Source of the DNA: Dudresnaya verticillata
Taxonomy: Eukaryota
DNA length: 64,000 nt
Reading direction: 5' to 3'
NCBI GenBank assembly: GCA_977862235.1
Contig: OZ374566.1
Coordinates: 496,001 to 560,000, forward strand
Below are positions 11,411 to 22,629 of the stretch, in pieces. The translations under genes and the position numbers were made by a program. Under the pieces are notes generated by a model that was given only the letters and a program-made list of their open reading frames with translations, had not been told where the DNA came from and did not search any database. Every line of letters begins with the position of its first letter. Within the stretch, counting starts at the first letter, position 1.

Positions 11411-14400
11411 TCAATCTTCTCTCTGTTCCTTACTACTGCCTTCAGCCTCTTGTGTGCTATACCCAGCCGTGGCCGCGCCGCCGCCGTCGTCTGTCGCTTC
11501 CTGGGGTGGCGACGATGGCACAGAGTCGACAGCGCTTTTCGTTACAGTTGTCGTCGAAACCCCAGTGTTGCTGCGACTCTCGTTGCGACTCTCACTGCCC
11601 CCGTACATTCCTCTGCAAACCTCTATCGCACGCTCCAGAGCACTCAACGAAAAGTCATGCATTTCCGTCTTCAACATTTCGATAGCTTCCTCGATTGGCA
11701 TCCACCGTCTTCTGCGATCCTTACGCATGCTGGCAAACGTTCCCAGTTCTTTTGCTAAGAGCAAGAACGTCTGCACAGCCACTTGCTTGGTCCGCTTCGA
11801 TACCAAAATCCAACCCAAGTTAGCCACCTCCTCGCATCTTGACACCCCGGCCTTCTCCCTCGCAATACGCACTGTCGCTTGTTGAACAGTTTCCCCCTCG
11901 TTCTTCCCACCCTTCGGAACGGCCCATGGGTCATCGTCACCACGTGCTACCATTAACACTTGCATCGTTTCCACACTTTCCAAATCACGTGCGAATCGGA
12001 TCGGTATCGCCCCAACTGCAATCTTGTCCACCATCCGTTTGTTGCCCTTAATGTCAACTTGGAACTTCGGCTTGCTTCGCTTCCCTGTCGAGGAATCCTC
12101 ATCTGTTGTGTCTGAAACTGATGATGGCAGCCTCTTCCCTGCCAACTGAGATGATTTCTTTCGCCCGTCGAACATAGTATCGATCAATGTCTGATGCGGG
12201 GAACGAGACGTACGAGCAACCTTTGCCTCATCGCTGGTGCCTTTTCGCCCAGCGGCCCTCTTTTTCAGCCCTTCGGAACCTGCTAAATGAGGCGGGGTAA
12301 TGGACATGGACACTGGCGGTGAGAGGTTTGGCAAGCCCTTGTAGTAGCGACCGTCTGGCGCCATCCTCCAAATCCATTGCTCATCATTGATTAGGTCGAA
12401 TGCTTTTGCCAGTTTCTTCCGAATGCTTCTGTCTTCAATAGGAGTGACCACTTCCACCCGTTCGGTGAGGTTTCGCGTCCTCCAGTCTGCAGAACCGATA
12501 AACCATTTTCCCTCTCCGTCTGCATGGAAATAGTAAACCCTACGGTGCTGTAAGATTTGTCCAACCCATGAGTACACTCTGATATTATCGCTGCGCCCCT
12601 TGATGCCTGGTCGCAGCCTACAAGGCCCCCTTACAATGAGATCAATCCTGACACCGGCCTGCGAGGCATCATAAAGCTCCTTAGTAATTTCTTTGTCCGT
12701 CAAACCATTCATTTGGCATGCAATTCTGGCAGGCTTTCCCGCTTTCGCATTCGCTGTCTCTGCCCGGATTAGCTCAACGAAGCGACTTAGCATGTTGATG
12801 GGGGCCACTAGCAATGTCCTAAAATCGGGCTTCCAGGAGTACCCCGTGAGCGAATTGAACACATCCAGGACGTCGGTACAAACATCTTTCCGGCACGTGA
12901 ACAGAGAGTAGTCTGTATAGAGCTTGGCCGTCTTTGGATTGAAGTTTCCAGTGGAGATGTTCACGTATGAGCGGAATTTTCCACCACTTTCCTGACGGAC
13001 CACGAGCATAATCTTGCTGTGAACTTTCAAGCCCATGATACCATAAGTAACAGTGCATCCAGCAAGTTGCAGAGCGCGAGCGTACTCGGAGTTTTGGACC
13101 TCATCAAGCGAAGCTTTCAGCTCAACAACCACACTTACTTCCTTCCCATTCTTGGCCGCTCGAACGAGGGCAGCGATAATTGGGGAATCATTTCCAGCGC
13201 GGTACAGAACAGTCTTAATGCTCCGTACCGCTGGGTCACGAGCAGCGGCATGCAAATACAGAATCGCAGAGTTTTCAAAGTTGTCCCTTGGATATTCCAC
13301 AAGGACATCCTTCTTGCGTAAAACTCCAAAGATGGCGCCAGGGTCGGTCCTCAGACGGTCGGTTAGGCCCTTGAAAGGTGTAGGTACAACGGGTTCCCTC
13401 ATAGTCTGCCGCAACCATGGCAAGCCAACAAATGCCAGAGACATACAGCTTGAAAGGTCAAGAAACGGAGTAACCACAGGGTATACGTCCATGTCATCCA
13501 AATGCAGTTCATTCTTCAGGTGCTCAATCATATCCTTCGGGGCTGTCTTCATTACCTCAAGTCGTGTAGCGGGAGCTTGTCGCCGACGATGAACTTCCTC
13601 AATGACAAAGTCCATCAAGTTGTCGATATCTCCAAAGGACTCGTCATCGATAGATATCTTTGTGTTCCTAGTTACTCGGAAGGAGTGAGCACTAACAACT
13701 GTCATGGAATGACAAACGAGATTCAAGTTGGCAAGACAAACTTCCTCAGCTGTGACAAATCGCAAGCGTTTCTCATCTAGAGGGATCAAACGTTCATTGG
13801 ATGGAATGCGGAATAGGATTTGGCGCTTGGACCGGCTCCTGGTATAGTACAAGGAAACATACAGATAAATGTCATGACTCTGAATAGGTGGGAAAGGGTG
13901 TGTGGGGTCGAGGAGGATGGGAGTGAGAGCAGGACGCAACTGCTCCTTGAAGTAAACGGTCATGCGCTCCGACTCTTCCGGTTTTAAGTTAGTAGCCTTG
14001 ACAATCTCGACACCATGGTTGGCCAGGCGAGGGAGCAATTGGGTGGTAAGGCACTCGTGTTGCTTCTCAACGATGGTGCGCAGCGCAAGAGTGAGATCTT
14101 CTTCGTACTTGGTGGGCGGCCGGACCTGCCGACGCAAGTTGATGGTTGCATTCTCCAAGTCTCTGGGGTCCAGACGCGGGATATGGCCGAGGCGCTTCGA
14201 GAAGTGCTCATCGAGATAGAACGAGACTAGACACAGAAACTTGAAACGGTCCAAAAGTGGAACAGTCGGGTCCAGGGCCAGCGACAGAACGCGGCACGTA
14301 ACGTTGAGCTGGGCAAACTCTTTGGAAAACACAATGTCACTTTCTGATAATTGAGCAGAACTGTACTCCTCAAGTTCAAGCTGCGGGCGGTAGTGGACGC

Positions 14401-14860
14401 TATCATCGAATGGACACACGACACTGAGGAAGGCTTCGCCAGTTTGGGACATGACGCGGAGTTTTCGGTTGAGGTCCACGTCATGTTCTGGAGGAACGTC
14501 CAAGGCGAAGCTTGCGGCGTCCTCACTCAGCGTGGAGAGCTGGTCGACGTCGCGGACCTTCGGTGCCGGCTGCGGTGGGTCGGGCTGCACGGGACGCAGA
14601 GACGGGCGATAGTTGTCATCAAAGCGGGTGGCGGCCGCGGCAGTGAGCGCGGTGAAGTACGAGGCGAGGTCATCGACAGTGCCGAGGGCATTGTCCCCAA
14701 CCGGGGCGGGCGGGGTCGGGGACGAGCGCGACAGCTGGTGCGGGAAGTGACGCTTCGGCAGGCACGGGCTGGTCTCGACCGACGACGACGAGCTGGACGG
14801 GTTGCTACTGGCGTAGCCGTCGTCGTGCGACGACGACGCCTGCGCGGGCTCGCGCTGCAT
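11411..14860 (-). CDS. PPK1: Polyphosphate kinase 1 (bacterial-type PPK1) fused to a C-terminal Nudix (DIPP-like) domain
   Basis: PPK1 motifs: LLDRFKFLCLVSFYLDEHF, LDPTHPFP, FRVTRN, AARDPAVRSIKTVLYR, VELKASLDE, GLKVHSK (phospho-His), STGNFNPKTAKLYTD, DLIVRGPCRLRPG, GSADWRTRNL-ERVE. Nudix-like segment: WAVPKGGKNEGE...REKAGV. First ATG is at 14860. Confidence 0.95.
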   Translation of the reverse strand: MQREPAQASSSHDDGYASSNPSSSSSSVETSPCLPKRHFPHQLSRSSPTPPAPVGDNALGTVDDLASYFTALTAAAATRFDDNYRPSLRPVQPDPPQPAPKVRDVDQLSTLSEDAASFALDVPPEHDVDLNRKLRVMSQTGEAFLSVVCPFDDSVHYRPQLELEEYSSAQLSESDIVFSKEFAQLNVTCRVLSLALDPTVPLLDRFKFLCLVSFYLDEHFSKRLGHIPRLDPRDLENATINLRRQVRPPTKYEEDLTLALRTIVEKQHECLTTQLLPRLANHGVEIVKATNLKPEESERMTVYFKEQLRPALTPILLDPTHPFPPIQSHDIYLYVSLYYTRSRSKRQILFRIPSNERLIPLDEKRLRFVTAEEVCLANLNLVCHSMTVVSAHSFRVTRNTKISIDDESFGDIDNLMDFVIEEVHRRRQAPATRLEVMKTAPKDMIEHLKNELHLDDMDVYPVVTPFLDLSSCMSLAFVGLPWLRQTMREPVVPTPFKGLTDRLRTDPGAIFGVLRKKDVLVEYPRDNFENSAILYLHAAARDPAVRSIKTVLYRAGNDSPIIAALVRAAKNGKEVSVVVELKASLDEVQNSEYARALQLAGCTVTYGIMGLKVHSKIMLVVRQESGGKFRSYVNISTGNFNPKTAKLYTDYSLFTCRKDVCTDVLDVFNSLTGYSWKPDFRTLLVAPINMLSRFVELIRAETANAKAGKPARIACQMNGLTDKEITKELYDASQAGVRIDLIVRGPCRLRPGIKGRSDNIRVYSWVGQILQHRRVYYFHADGEGKWFIGSADWRTRNLTERVEVVTPIEDRSIRKKLAKAFDLINDEQWIWRMAPDGRYYKGLPNLSPPVSMSITPPHLAGSEGLKKRAAGRKGTSDEAKVARTSRSPHQTLIDTMFDGRKKSSQLAGKRLPSSVSDTTDEDSSTGKRSKPKFQVDIKGNKRMVDKIAVGAIPIRFARDLESVETMQVLMVARGDDDPWAVPKGGKNEGETVQQATVRIAREKAGVSRCEEVANLGWILVSKRTKQVAVQTFLLLAKELGTFASMRKDRRRRWMPIEEAIEMLKTEMHDFSLSALERAIEVCRGMYGGSESRNESRSNTGVSTTTVTKSAVDSVPSSPPQEATDDGGGAATAGYSTQEAEGSSKEQRED

Positions 14861-15001
14861 TTCTCTCAGGGGCGGAGACGGGGAGGGTGGGTGCGGGCTG
14901 GACGGCGGCGGGCGGACGCGAGCACGACGGGCGCGGCAGACGGATGGCGAGGCTGGGCGAGGCAGGCTGGGGGGCTGCGGCCCGCGCAAAAGGCGGCCGG
15001 C

Positions 15002-15009
15002 TTTAAATA
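15002..15009 (-). promoter_or_regulatory. TATA-like element (TATTTAAA) upstream of PPK1
   Basis: An isolated AT island in very GC-rich sequence, about 140 bp upstream of the PPK1 ATG. Confidence 0.5.
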
Positions 15010-17939
15010 TTGTACGCAGCGGAGATTATCGCCGGTGAGCCGAGCCCAGCCACGGACTGGCTGCTGCTGGTGACGGGGACGGGAGCGCGCACGGGGCGCG
15101 GACGGCCGTCGGTTGCGGGCGCGGGCGGGACGCTCTGCTGCTGTGGAAGCGGCGACGGCAGGTGCGTGTGGGGGTGTCACGTGCGCTGCCGGCAGTGCAC
15201 GCGATTTCCATTTTATTGTGGGGCTTGCGCGCCGTGTCACGCAGCTGGGCTCCCGACAACACTGCTCCGGGCGCGTGGAGCTGCATAGCAGGAAATTTGG
15301 GAAATTTAGGAGTTTGCATTTTTATCAATGTATTTGAGGGCAACGCCGCAAGTGCGGAAACAGCCGCGTCGTGACGCTTCCCGCCGCCACGTGCCTGGCG
15401 CTATCGGAAAAAGCCGCAGCAACACGCGCCCCGCTCCCGCCGGCCGCAGATACTTCGCTCTGCGCGCTGCGTCGGCTCGCTGCCGCAGCATGTTCTTGCG
15501 CGGAGCACCTACGCGCGGAAATATCTGGCGGTGACGGTCATTCTCTGCTGTACTGTACTGTACCGTCTCGGGAATCGGTAAAATATCCACCGCCGCCGGA
15601 CCAGTGTTGGAACTCGGTCCGGATCCACATGCGTATCCGCCCCACGCGCCAGGGTGACAAAAGCACAGTGACCGTCGATTTCCAAGTCGAGTAGGAAGTC
15701 TCAATGGCGACATAAGCCATGCGAACTTCGTACCCCACTTATTGCTTGAATGCATACCGTTCGCTCTTCGCCACCAGGAATAATAGTCACAGCGCCAATA
15801 AAGTCCACGAGCCAAACCATACCTCCACTAGGCACGCAATAATAATAATAATAAAATGCTCTTGTCGCTGGTGCCTGTGCAGCTCCTCTTGCCCTTCTTG
15901 TCACGTTCCCTTCCTAGTAGGGTCTCTCTCTACCCAAGCGGGGAAACGCAAGTAGAGCAAATTCTGTCGAGTGGAGAAGCTGCAGGATAAAATAAGGCAG
16001 CAAGCACGCAGTCATCGGGTTACTGGTGGTGGTGACCACCATGTGGTCACGAACGCTACCAATCTATCTCACCAGCAAGCTTTACTTCCGTCCAACCTAC
16101 AACTTGTACTCCACTCTCCAGTTCTCCACCCACACTCAAAACTACTTCACTTCTTTGCGGATCGTTTCACATATATCTCAACATGCACCCAATTCTGCTG
16201 CATGTCATGCGCCTGTAACCTTCCTTGCACCACTTCTCACGTTCCGGAAACGCACTCGTTTCCTCAGCGTCCATCCCTTGAGTCATTAACTTACCGCACC
16301 ACCACTCTGATACCACCGGAAAGAAGATGAAACGTTTTTGATGAATACCCTAGCGCTTAGAACGCTGTCAGAAACGCTGGATGCCTATCACAAATGCAGT
16401 AATCCATGGCATCCAACTTCAGGTGGCAAGAGCTTCCGTCCGCCATCGATTCTATCCGCCACTTCCTCTCATCAGACCTAACAATGCATTGGCAATGCAT
16501 TGAGGTTTAGTTGCGTCACCCTTTTTTTCACGGTATCATAGATTTTATCTTCTTTCAAGATCTAGATCGTTACGGTTTTTTCTGGTCCATGTGGAGCACC
16601 ACTCTCTGTTTAGTTGAAAACTACCGAAGCACCGTTACAGCTCAGCACAAATTGTACCACATTTCTGTCGACAACATATCGATAATATTAATGCCCCCGA
16701 TGCGCTTACTGAAGGTACAAGAACTTCATCGACATTCTGACTTTTCGGCCGTCAGATGAAAGCTCTACAGATGAAAACTCTACAGTGCAACCCAGTGCAT
16801 TACCCCCAGTGAACAACGTGATGTCCGTGCAAGAGTTAAACGCATGTTGCCGTATTACAATAGAGTTCCCCTTCTCACTCTATTACAGACAGTGCCGCAG
16901 TGCAATTTCGTGTAACAGGATGGAATTGAACGGAACGCTCTTTTAAAGAGCTATATTCCAGAGGGAGATTACAATCCCTTACGGGTCATCAGTGTGTGTA
17001 AAATGAAGCTTCCAGTTTAGTCGTGTTGATAAGTGGTTGTTCGAAGATGTCATACGCCTTGTCGAAAGTTATTTCTTCTCACCTGTGAGGTGAAAAGGTA
17101 AAAAACAGGAAAACACAACAGTAGATTCAAGCAGCCCGTCTGTATGGTTTGTTGTACAAACTGCAGGAACTGCAACCATCAATAGAAAAGAATGTGCTCA
17201 GTCATCAGTAGTAAAAGAACTTCTTGACATTATGTTTCCAAACTCAGCGTTTCCACTAGGAGGGTATCCAGTAATAGACAATACTGCAGGTTCACAAAGG
17301 AATAAGAAGTTAACATACTGGCAGCATTGATGAGCTGAAAGTCCTAGATTTTGAATGGGTAGCTAGCTGCCCAAAGGCTGTCTTTCGGAATTGGGAGGTA
17401 CAATCTATCTGGAACATACTTAACACGTTTGAAGAATAATACTGTGGAGGATGGAGTTGCTTTTGTATGCAGGCTTTTAGGGCTACAAGTGCGAATAGCA
17501 GCCTGGAAACATTTTATTTTCGGGCAACTCACGATCTCCGTAATCTGTGTGATACACTCTGGAACAATGCCACGAGTTTTCATACGACGCTGATCACAGA
17601 CCAGGTGCATCTACTTTAGTCACAGCAAAGCAAAACTCTCCATGGTTTTCCTGGGGAGCACCACTATGGAGACGCTAATGCTAACCAGCATATCTTGTGA
17701 AAAGAACTCTGTCCATAGAAAAGAATCATCAACCCTTCTTGTGCGTCTTTAAAAGGATAGCTGATTGTGATTAGGCAAACATTAAAGTTGATGTGTAAGT
17801 GAAGTGATTTAATTGTACTGCTGCACTCAACTGTCCAGGTATAGTGTACGAATCAGTCCTGATTCTGGGTAAAGAAATAGCCTACAGCTGTTTAGGATTA
17901 AATGCAGGTGCTGGGCTTCTGTAGAGTCCAAACGTATGT

Positions 17940-17961
17940 GAGAGAGAGAGAGAGAGAGAGA
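17940..17961. repeat. (GA)n microsatellite
   Basis: About 11 consecutive GA units. Confidence 0.95.
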
Positions 17962-17989
17962 CCCGCCCCAGCCCCATAGAAGTTTGGGA

Positions 17990-18187
17990 TTCCGCCGGTG
18001 TAGGCAATTTTTAGAGCCATTACGGTTCTAAGTGCATATACTAAGTTTTGATAAGTTCTCACAGAGTTGTTGTTCAAACAATGCCTCAATTTCTTGGATG
18101 ATTCAAAGATATTTCCCCAACCATAGCTAGTCCCAAAGCTTAGGTGTGTCTAAAACATAATGGCTCTAAACATTTCCTACGGCGGAA
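17990..18187. mobile_element. MITE-like non-autonomous element with imperfect ~55-60 bp terminal inverted repeats
   Basis: Left arm: TTCCGCCggtGTAGGcAATtTTTAGAGCCATTA...CTAAGtTTTG. Reverse complement of right arm: TTCCGCCGTAGGaAATgTTTAGAGCCATTA...CTAAGcTTTG. The interior is AT-rich and non-coding. Confidence 0.65.
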
Positions 18188-21100
18188 GAGTGTAACACAA
18201 CTTCAACCATCAGTCGCTGTCCACAAGAAATCGCAACAGGCCGCATTCAGAAATAGTCGTGGAACTTAAACGGGAGTTCTCGTAACTTCAAAGAGAGTGT
18301 GAGGTATAGCGGCGTCCGCGGTCGAAGAGAAAGATCGCAAAAGCCGAAGGGAAAAGGTAAAGATTAGGCACCGGAGAGTCGGGGTAGGCAAAGTGTTTAG
18401 CAGAGTCACCGCGTGGATGAGGAGTGTCGTCCCTCGTCGTCGTCGTTCGACACCAGCCGGCTGCCTTTATTACTCCTACAGTTGGACAGCCCAATGTGAC
18501 CCACAGTATATTTGACCTACATGATCGCCGGCTCCGCCTCGAGTCAGATAGACCTGAACTGGCGGATATGTTCACATCCGCCGTCTCGCGGTGGGTCGGG
18601 GACGGACAGAAAGTCATTTAGGTATAACCATGTTAGGGGACCCTGAGCGCTAGTCAATAATAGGCAGAGGCTTATCCGGTGGGACGCAAATGCGCCTTGT
18701 CACACTGGAAGTTCTGCCTTGTGCAGGTTCACCAAGTCCGTGCGCGCTGGCTGTGTTCGGCCGTGGGGTTTGCCGTTGTCGGAAAGTAGTTCCCCGGTAG
18801 GCACTCATTATAGGGAGTTAACCTGAGATGGGGGAACTTTATGGTAGGGTTCAACCTGTAGCGCTGCGGTTGCATGTCGGGATCTCATTGTAGGGAGTAC
18901 TCCCGAATAGATGCGAGCGCTAGGCGTAACAAGAGTGAACGTTTATTGAGATGTTTGATAAGTTTGTGCGCGCCAGTGCAGCAATGCACACACTGTGTAC
19001 CGCTTCCAACCACACACAGGATAAGCTTTAAAGACTACAGGACTAGAAATGAAAGGGTCCTAGGAGAGTACTTGGACAACCGCTATGACATGCACATGGT
19101 GTTGGGGCTATTTTGTTCCTTTCGTCTTCATATACAAAACCGAGTGCGTATTTCGGACTGCCGTCTTTATGATTATAATCATGGGATATTAGAGAAGCAC
19201 ATGCGCGACACCGCTCGTGTTGTTGATCATGGGCAATTGTGATGTGTGTGGCAGAAGGTAGGGGTAATAGGAAAACGAATGCTCTGCTGCTGATTGGATA
19301 TTTCGTTGCGCAGAAGCGCTATGCTGTGTAGCACGGAATATATCACGGCAATCACAGAAGCGCCAGGCATGCAGCTCGTGGAGTTCGTACGAATGCGGTA
19401 CACTTTATCGAGGGACTGTCGGATCACCATCTCGAATTAAGGACACGTTACCCCAAAAACAGAATGTCACTCTTGCCTATCATCTAGAAGGGCAGTCAAC
19501 GCAAGGTGGATCACTGTGCACGGACAGTGCGCACTGCGGTGTCGACTTGTTGAAGAGCTTTTGTCATCGTTTGTTATGTGTTACTGTAACTGCATGGATA
19601 ATCGGCGTACTACCCAACTGCGAGAAGTTTAAGTTCACTTCAAGTAACTCAAGTCGCGATCCTATACAAAACGACAAGACACATACACTCACGCATTTGT
19701 GCTGTGTTCTTTTCTCGATCGGGAAACAAGTGTGGCAAAAAGATCCAAACAGAGAGCCATTGAGCAGGGTCTTGACACTGGGGGTTTGCAATAAAGTGAA
19801 CCAGGCACCTTTCCGATAGACACAACAAACATTGACCCCAAGTCTTACTTGGCGACTTGGCGTTGTTGGGCAATATATTTATGGGCTACAAGCAGCAGTC
19901 GTGTAAAGCGCGAGGAGCAGACGCACGCTCCCTTTCCCGGAATTTGCACAGCGGTGAGGAGGCGGTGGCCCATCCCCGATACCTTCCATTGGAGGAGCGG
20001 AAGGTCTAGGTCTCGATTACAGGGCTCACGAAAGAGAAGCACGGCATTCATTCAGTATCAGATCGCAGCTGACATTGGGCATGGGAAACGGGAATGAAGA
20101 CGAAGGTACTGCTTTGCAAGAGCGACGAGAAATCTTTCGTGCGCCTTTCACACGTTCGTCCTTCCCGGCACGAGACCGGCTGAGGCTGCGGCGCATCGCT
20201 TAAAACAATGCTTTTTCAGCAGGTTCGTCGCTCCCTTCCCTCTCTTGAGACCAGGCCGAAATTTCACTTTAACAATCTCGGCAATATCAATCTCGGCGGT
20301 GCGGCGGGGAGCAGCAGCGAGGGAGGACAAACCCACCAGCCAGTGACTGCCGGTACCCTTCCAGTCCTCCAGCGGCCTGCGGCACACTTTCAATATGCAA
20401 ATGTTCGCGCCCAATAGGCGGGTGGAATTTTGATCTGCCGTGACGGGTGTAGGAGCAATAAGATTCGGGGACAGGCGTGACGGAAGGAATGATCGTCTAC
20501 AAACGAAATCCAATCAAAAGCAGTACTCACAAATGCAACTGTAATGAACATGCTGGCACAAAAAATGTCACAAAAAACTCATCATGGATTTGGACGCGTG
20601 TCTTGCCACGCTGGACTGTCCAATTGATCACGTGATAGGGCCGCCAGGAGCATTGCGCACTTATTTTCATCGAGGATGGACCACCTTGCATTACAGCTGT
20701 ACGAAAACCAAGGAAAAAAACTTTTTTTGCCGCCCATCTATTTCCGGCTTTTAGGTCGCGACCAACTTTTAAATTGTTGTCGTCCAAGGAACGAAACTTT
20801 GGCAGAAACGTTTCAGACCCAGACCAGGGACAAGTTTCAGACCTGCTGAAGCCAAAATTTGCGGCTGCATCGGTCTTCTTGATGACTCCAATAACCTGCC
20901 CACTTTTGTCTTCTAACCACAGTTCGTGCATTGCTCGTCGAGCCGTTTTTGTCAGGTCAACAAACCCCAAGTGTCTTGAGTTTATTGGTCCAGCTCATCA
21001 GAGTTTTTGACTCAGGCAGATCCAATTCATGTAAGCAGAATGTCCACGCCGAGAATGACAGAGCGCATTACAGTACAAGGATACCACTACTCACAGATGT

Positions 21101-21335
21101 GAGCCAAGCGGAGCAAATTTATGGGCGAGGATACTGGAGTTCTCGACGGCGAACCACGCGTGTACCGTGATTGCCGCGAAGATTGTGTCGCATGGCTTTC
21201 TGAAGAGTTTGTAGAAACGCGCCCCTGCGACACTGACTGGAACTGTCCGGGCTGTGATCAAGTCCAGCCGAAGGCAAAGAGCATTTACTCGAAGGGGCCA
21301 AATCGTTTGGTATCGACGTTGAATACCTGAACGAA

Positions 21336-22238
21336 ATGCCGCCGCCACCTGCCGCTGGGGATCGCGCTGTATCAACTGATCGTTCCAGGAGAAGTCAACC
21401 TGCAGAGAATTCTGAGAAGAAGCGGAAGCCGAAAAAGAAACGCCAGAGGGGGCAGAAAGCAAAGCACGTGGCTGTCATTGGAATTGGGGAGAGCCCCAGA
21501 GACCGCCAGCTGGGTAAAGGCAAGGTTCGGGAGCTGGATATCCTCCGAAAAAGCTACCAGAATGACAAGCTTCCGAGAAAGACAAGGGAGCTGCTCTCAA
21601 GGATGAAGAAACTTAATGGCGAAGCTGAGAAAGGGCGTGCATCCGCGCCGGAGGGTAGAGAGCAGGAGAGGCGAAGGGACGGTCCTGCAAGCAAGAATTT
21701 CGGCAGCTCCGATGCTGATGGGGGACGTCAAGCGGCTGAGGGAGCTGGAGCTGTGCACACCAAGTCTGGGACTGATGACGCATTGCGTGCAAGGCCCGCG
21801 GGGAATGGCGCAAATGCTAAGAAGAGGATGTTTGATGGCATGCAACTTGGTGAGAATTTTGCTCAGTTCTCTGCACGCTTGCGGAGGGAGTCTAGAAAGA
21901 TGGTATTGGACACAGCTCGGAAGAACAGCCATCAGAGGGAAAAGAAGCGAGCCTACTACGCGCGGAGAAAAGAGCGCTTAGAGCGCAAGAAAAGGCGGAG
22001 GCGTGGTGATCGAAGCGATAGCGAAGTTGAGGACGACGATGGCGAGTATGAATCCATTGCGCACCTCCCTGCTCATTGGCAAGAGATTCTTCGGAACAAT
22101 GGGAGGCCTATTTCGGCGAAGCGTCGGAAGCGAATGCATCGTTTAGAGCAGGAGGAAGACAGCCGAGTCGCTTTCGGAGAGCAAGCGGAAAGGCCGCCGA
22201 AGCTTACTGCGATTCCTGTTCGTCGAGGTCACAAGTAA
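21336..22238 (+). CDS. CCDC137-like basic coiled-coil nucleolar protein
   Basis: K/R-rich, with GENFAQFSARLRRE and C-terminal VAFGEQAERPPKLT, typical of the CCDC137 family. Confidence 0.7.
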   Translation: MPPPPAAGDRAVSTDRSRRSQPAENSEKKRKPKKKRQRGQKAKHVAVIGIGESPRDRQLGKGKVRELDILRKSYQNDKLPRKTRELLSRMKKLNGEAEKGRASAPEGREQERRRDGPASKNFGSSDADGGRQAAEGAGAVHTKSGTDDALRARPAGNGANAKKRMFDGMQLGENFAQFSARLRRESRKMVLDTARKNSHQREKKRAYYARRKERLERKKRRRRGDRSDSEVEDDDGEYESIAHLPAHWQEILRNNGRPISAKRRKRMHRLEQEEDSRVAFGEQAERPPKLTAIPVRRGHK

Positions 22239-22629
22239 ACATAATGCAGCGAGCAACACCATCGCATGGCGCAGGCTAAGTTGATTGTAAACGAATGCTG
22301 TTCATGCGGGGGTTTATGAACGCTCCTAGTGCTATTCATACGACGGCTGGAGTGCTTTCGGATTGATCAGAACGCCTTTAAACTGCAGTTACGTGAAGGG
22401 GTGTGTGATAGAAAAAACCGTACAAATACGAACAAGAGCGCGCCGAAGCGAAAAATGAAACGGAAGGCCACCCTTCCGCCAACGATAGACAGAGCAATAC
22501 GCAGGCCGCTTGTGGAGTGCTGTCGATGCCCAGGCTAGATAATAAACACAGAGAGATTTGGCAAAAGCCATGGTCCCCTCTTCTTCTCTTGATGAAATCA
22601 AACGAGAACATATATACGCGGATTTAAGA

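Noticed and set aside
18455..18480. GCCTTTATTAC resembling U5 snRNA loop 1
   Set aside because: Does not match the invariant GCCUUUUAC loop, and no supporting stem or Sm site is evident.
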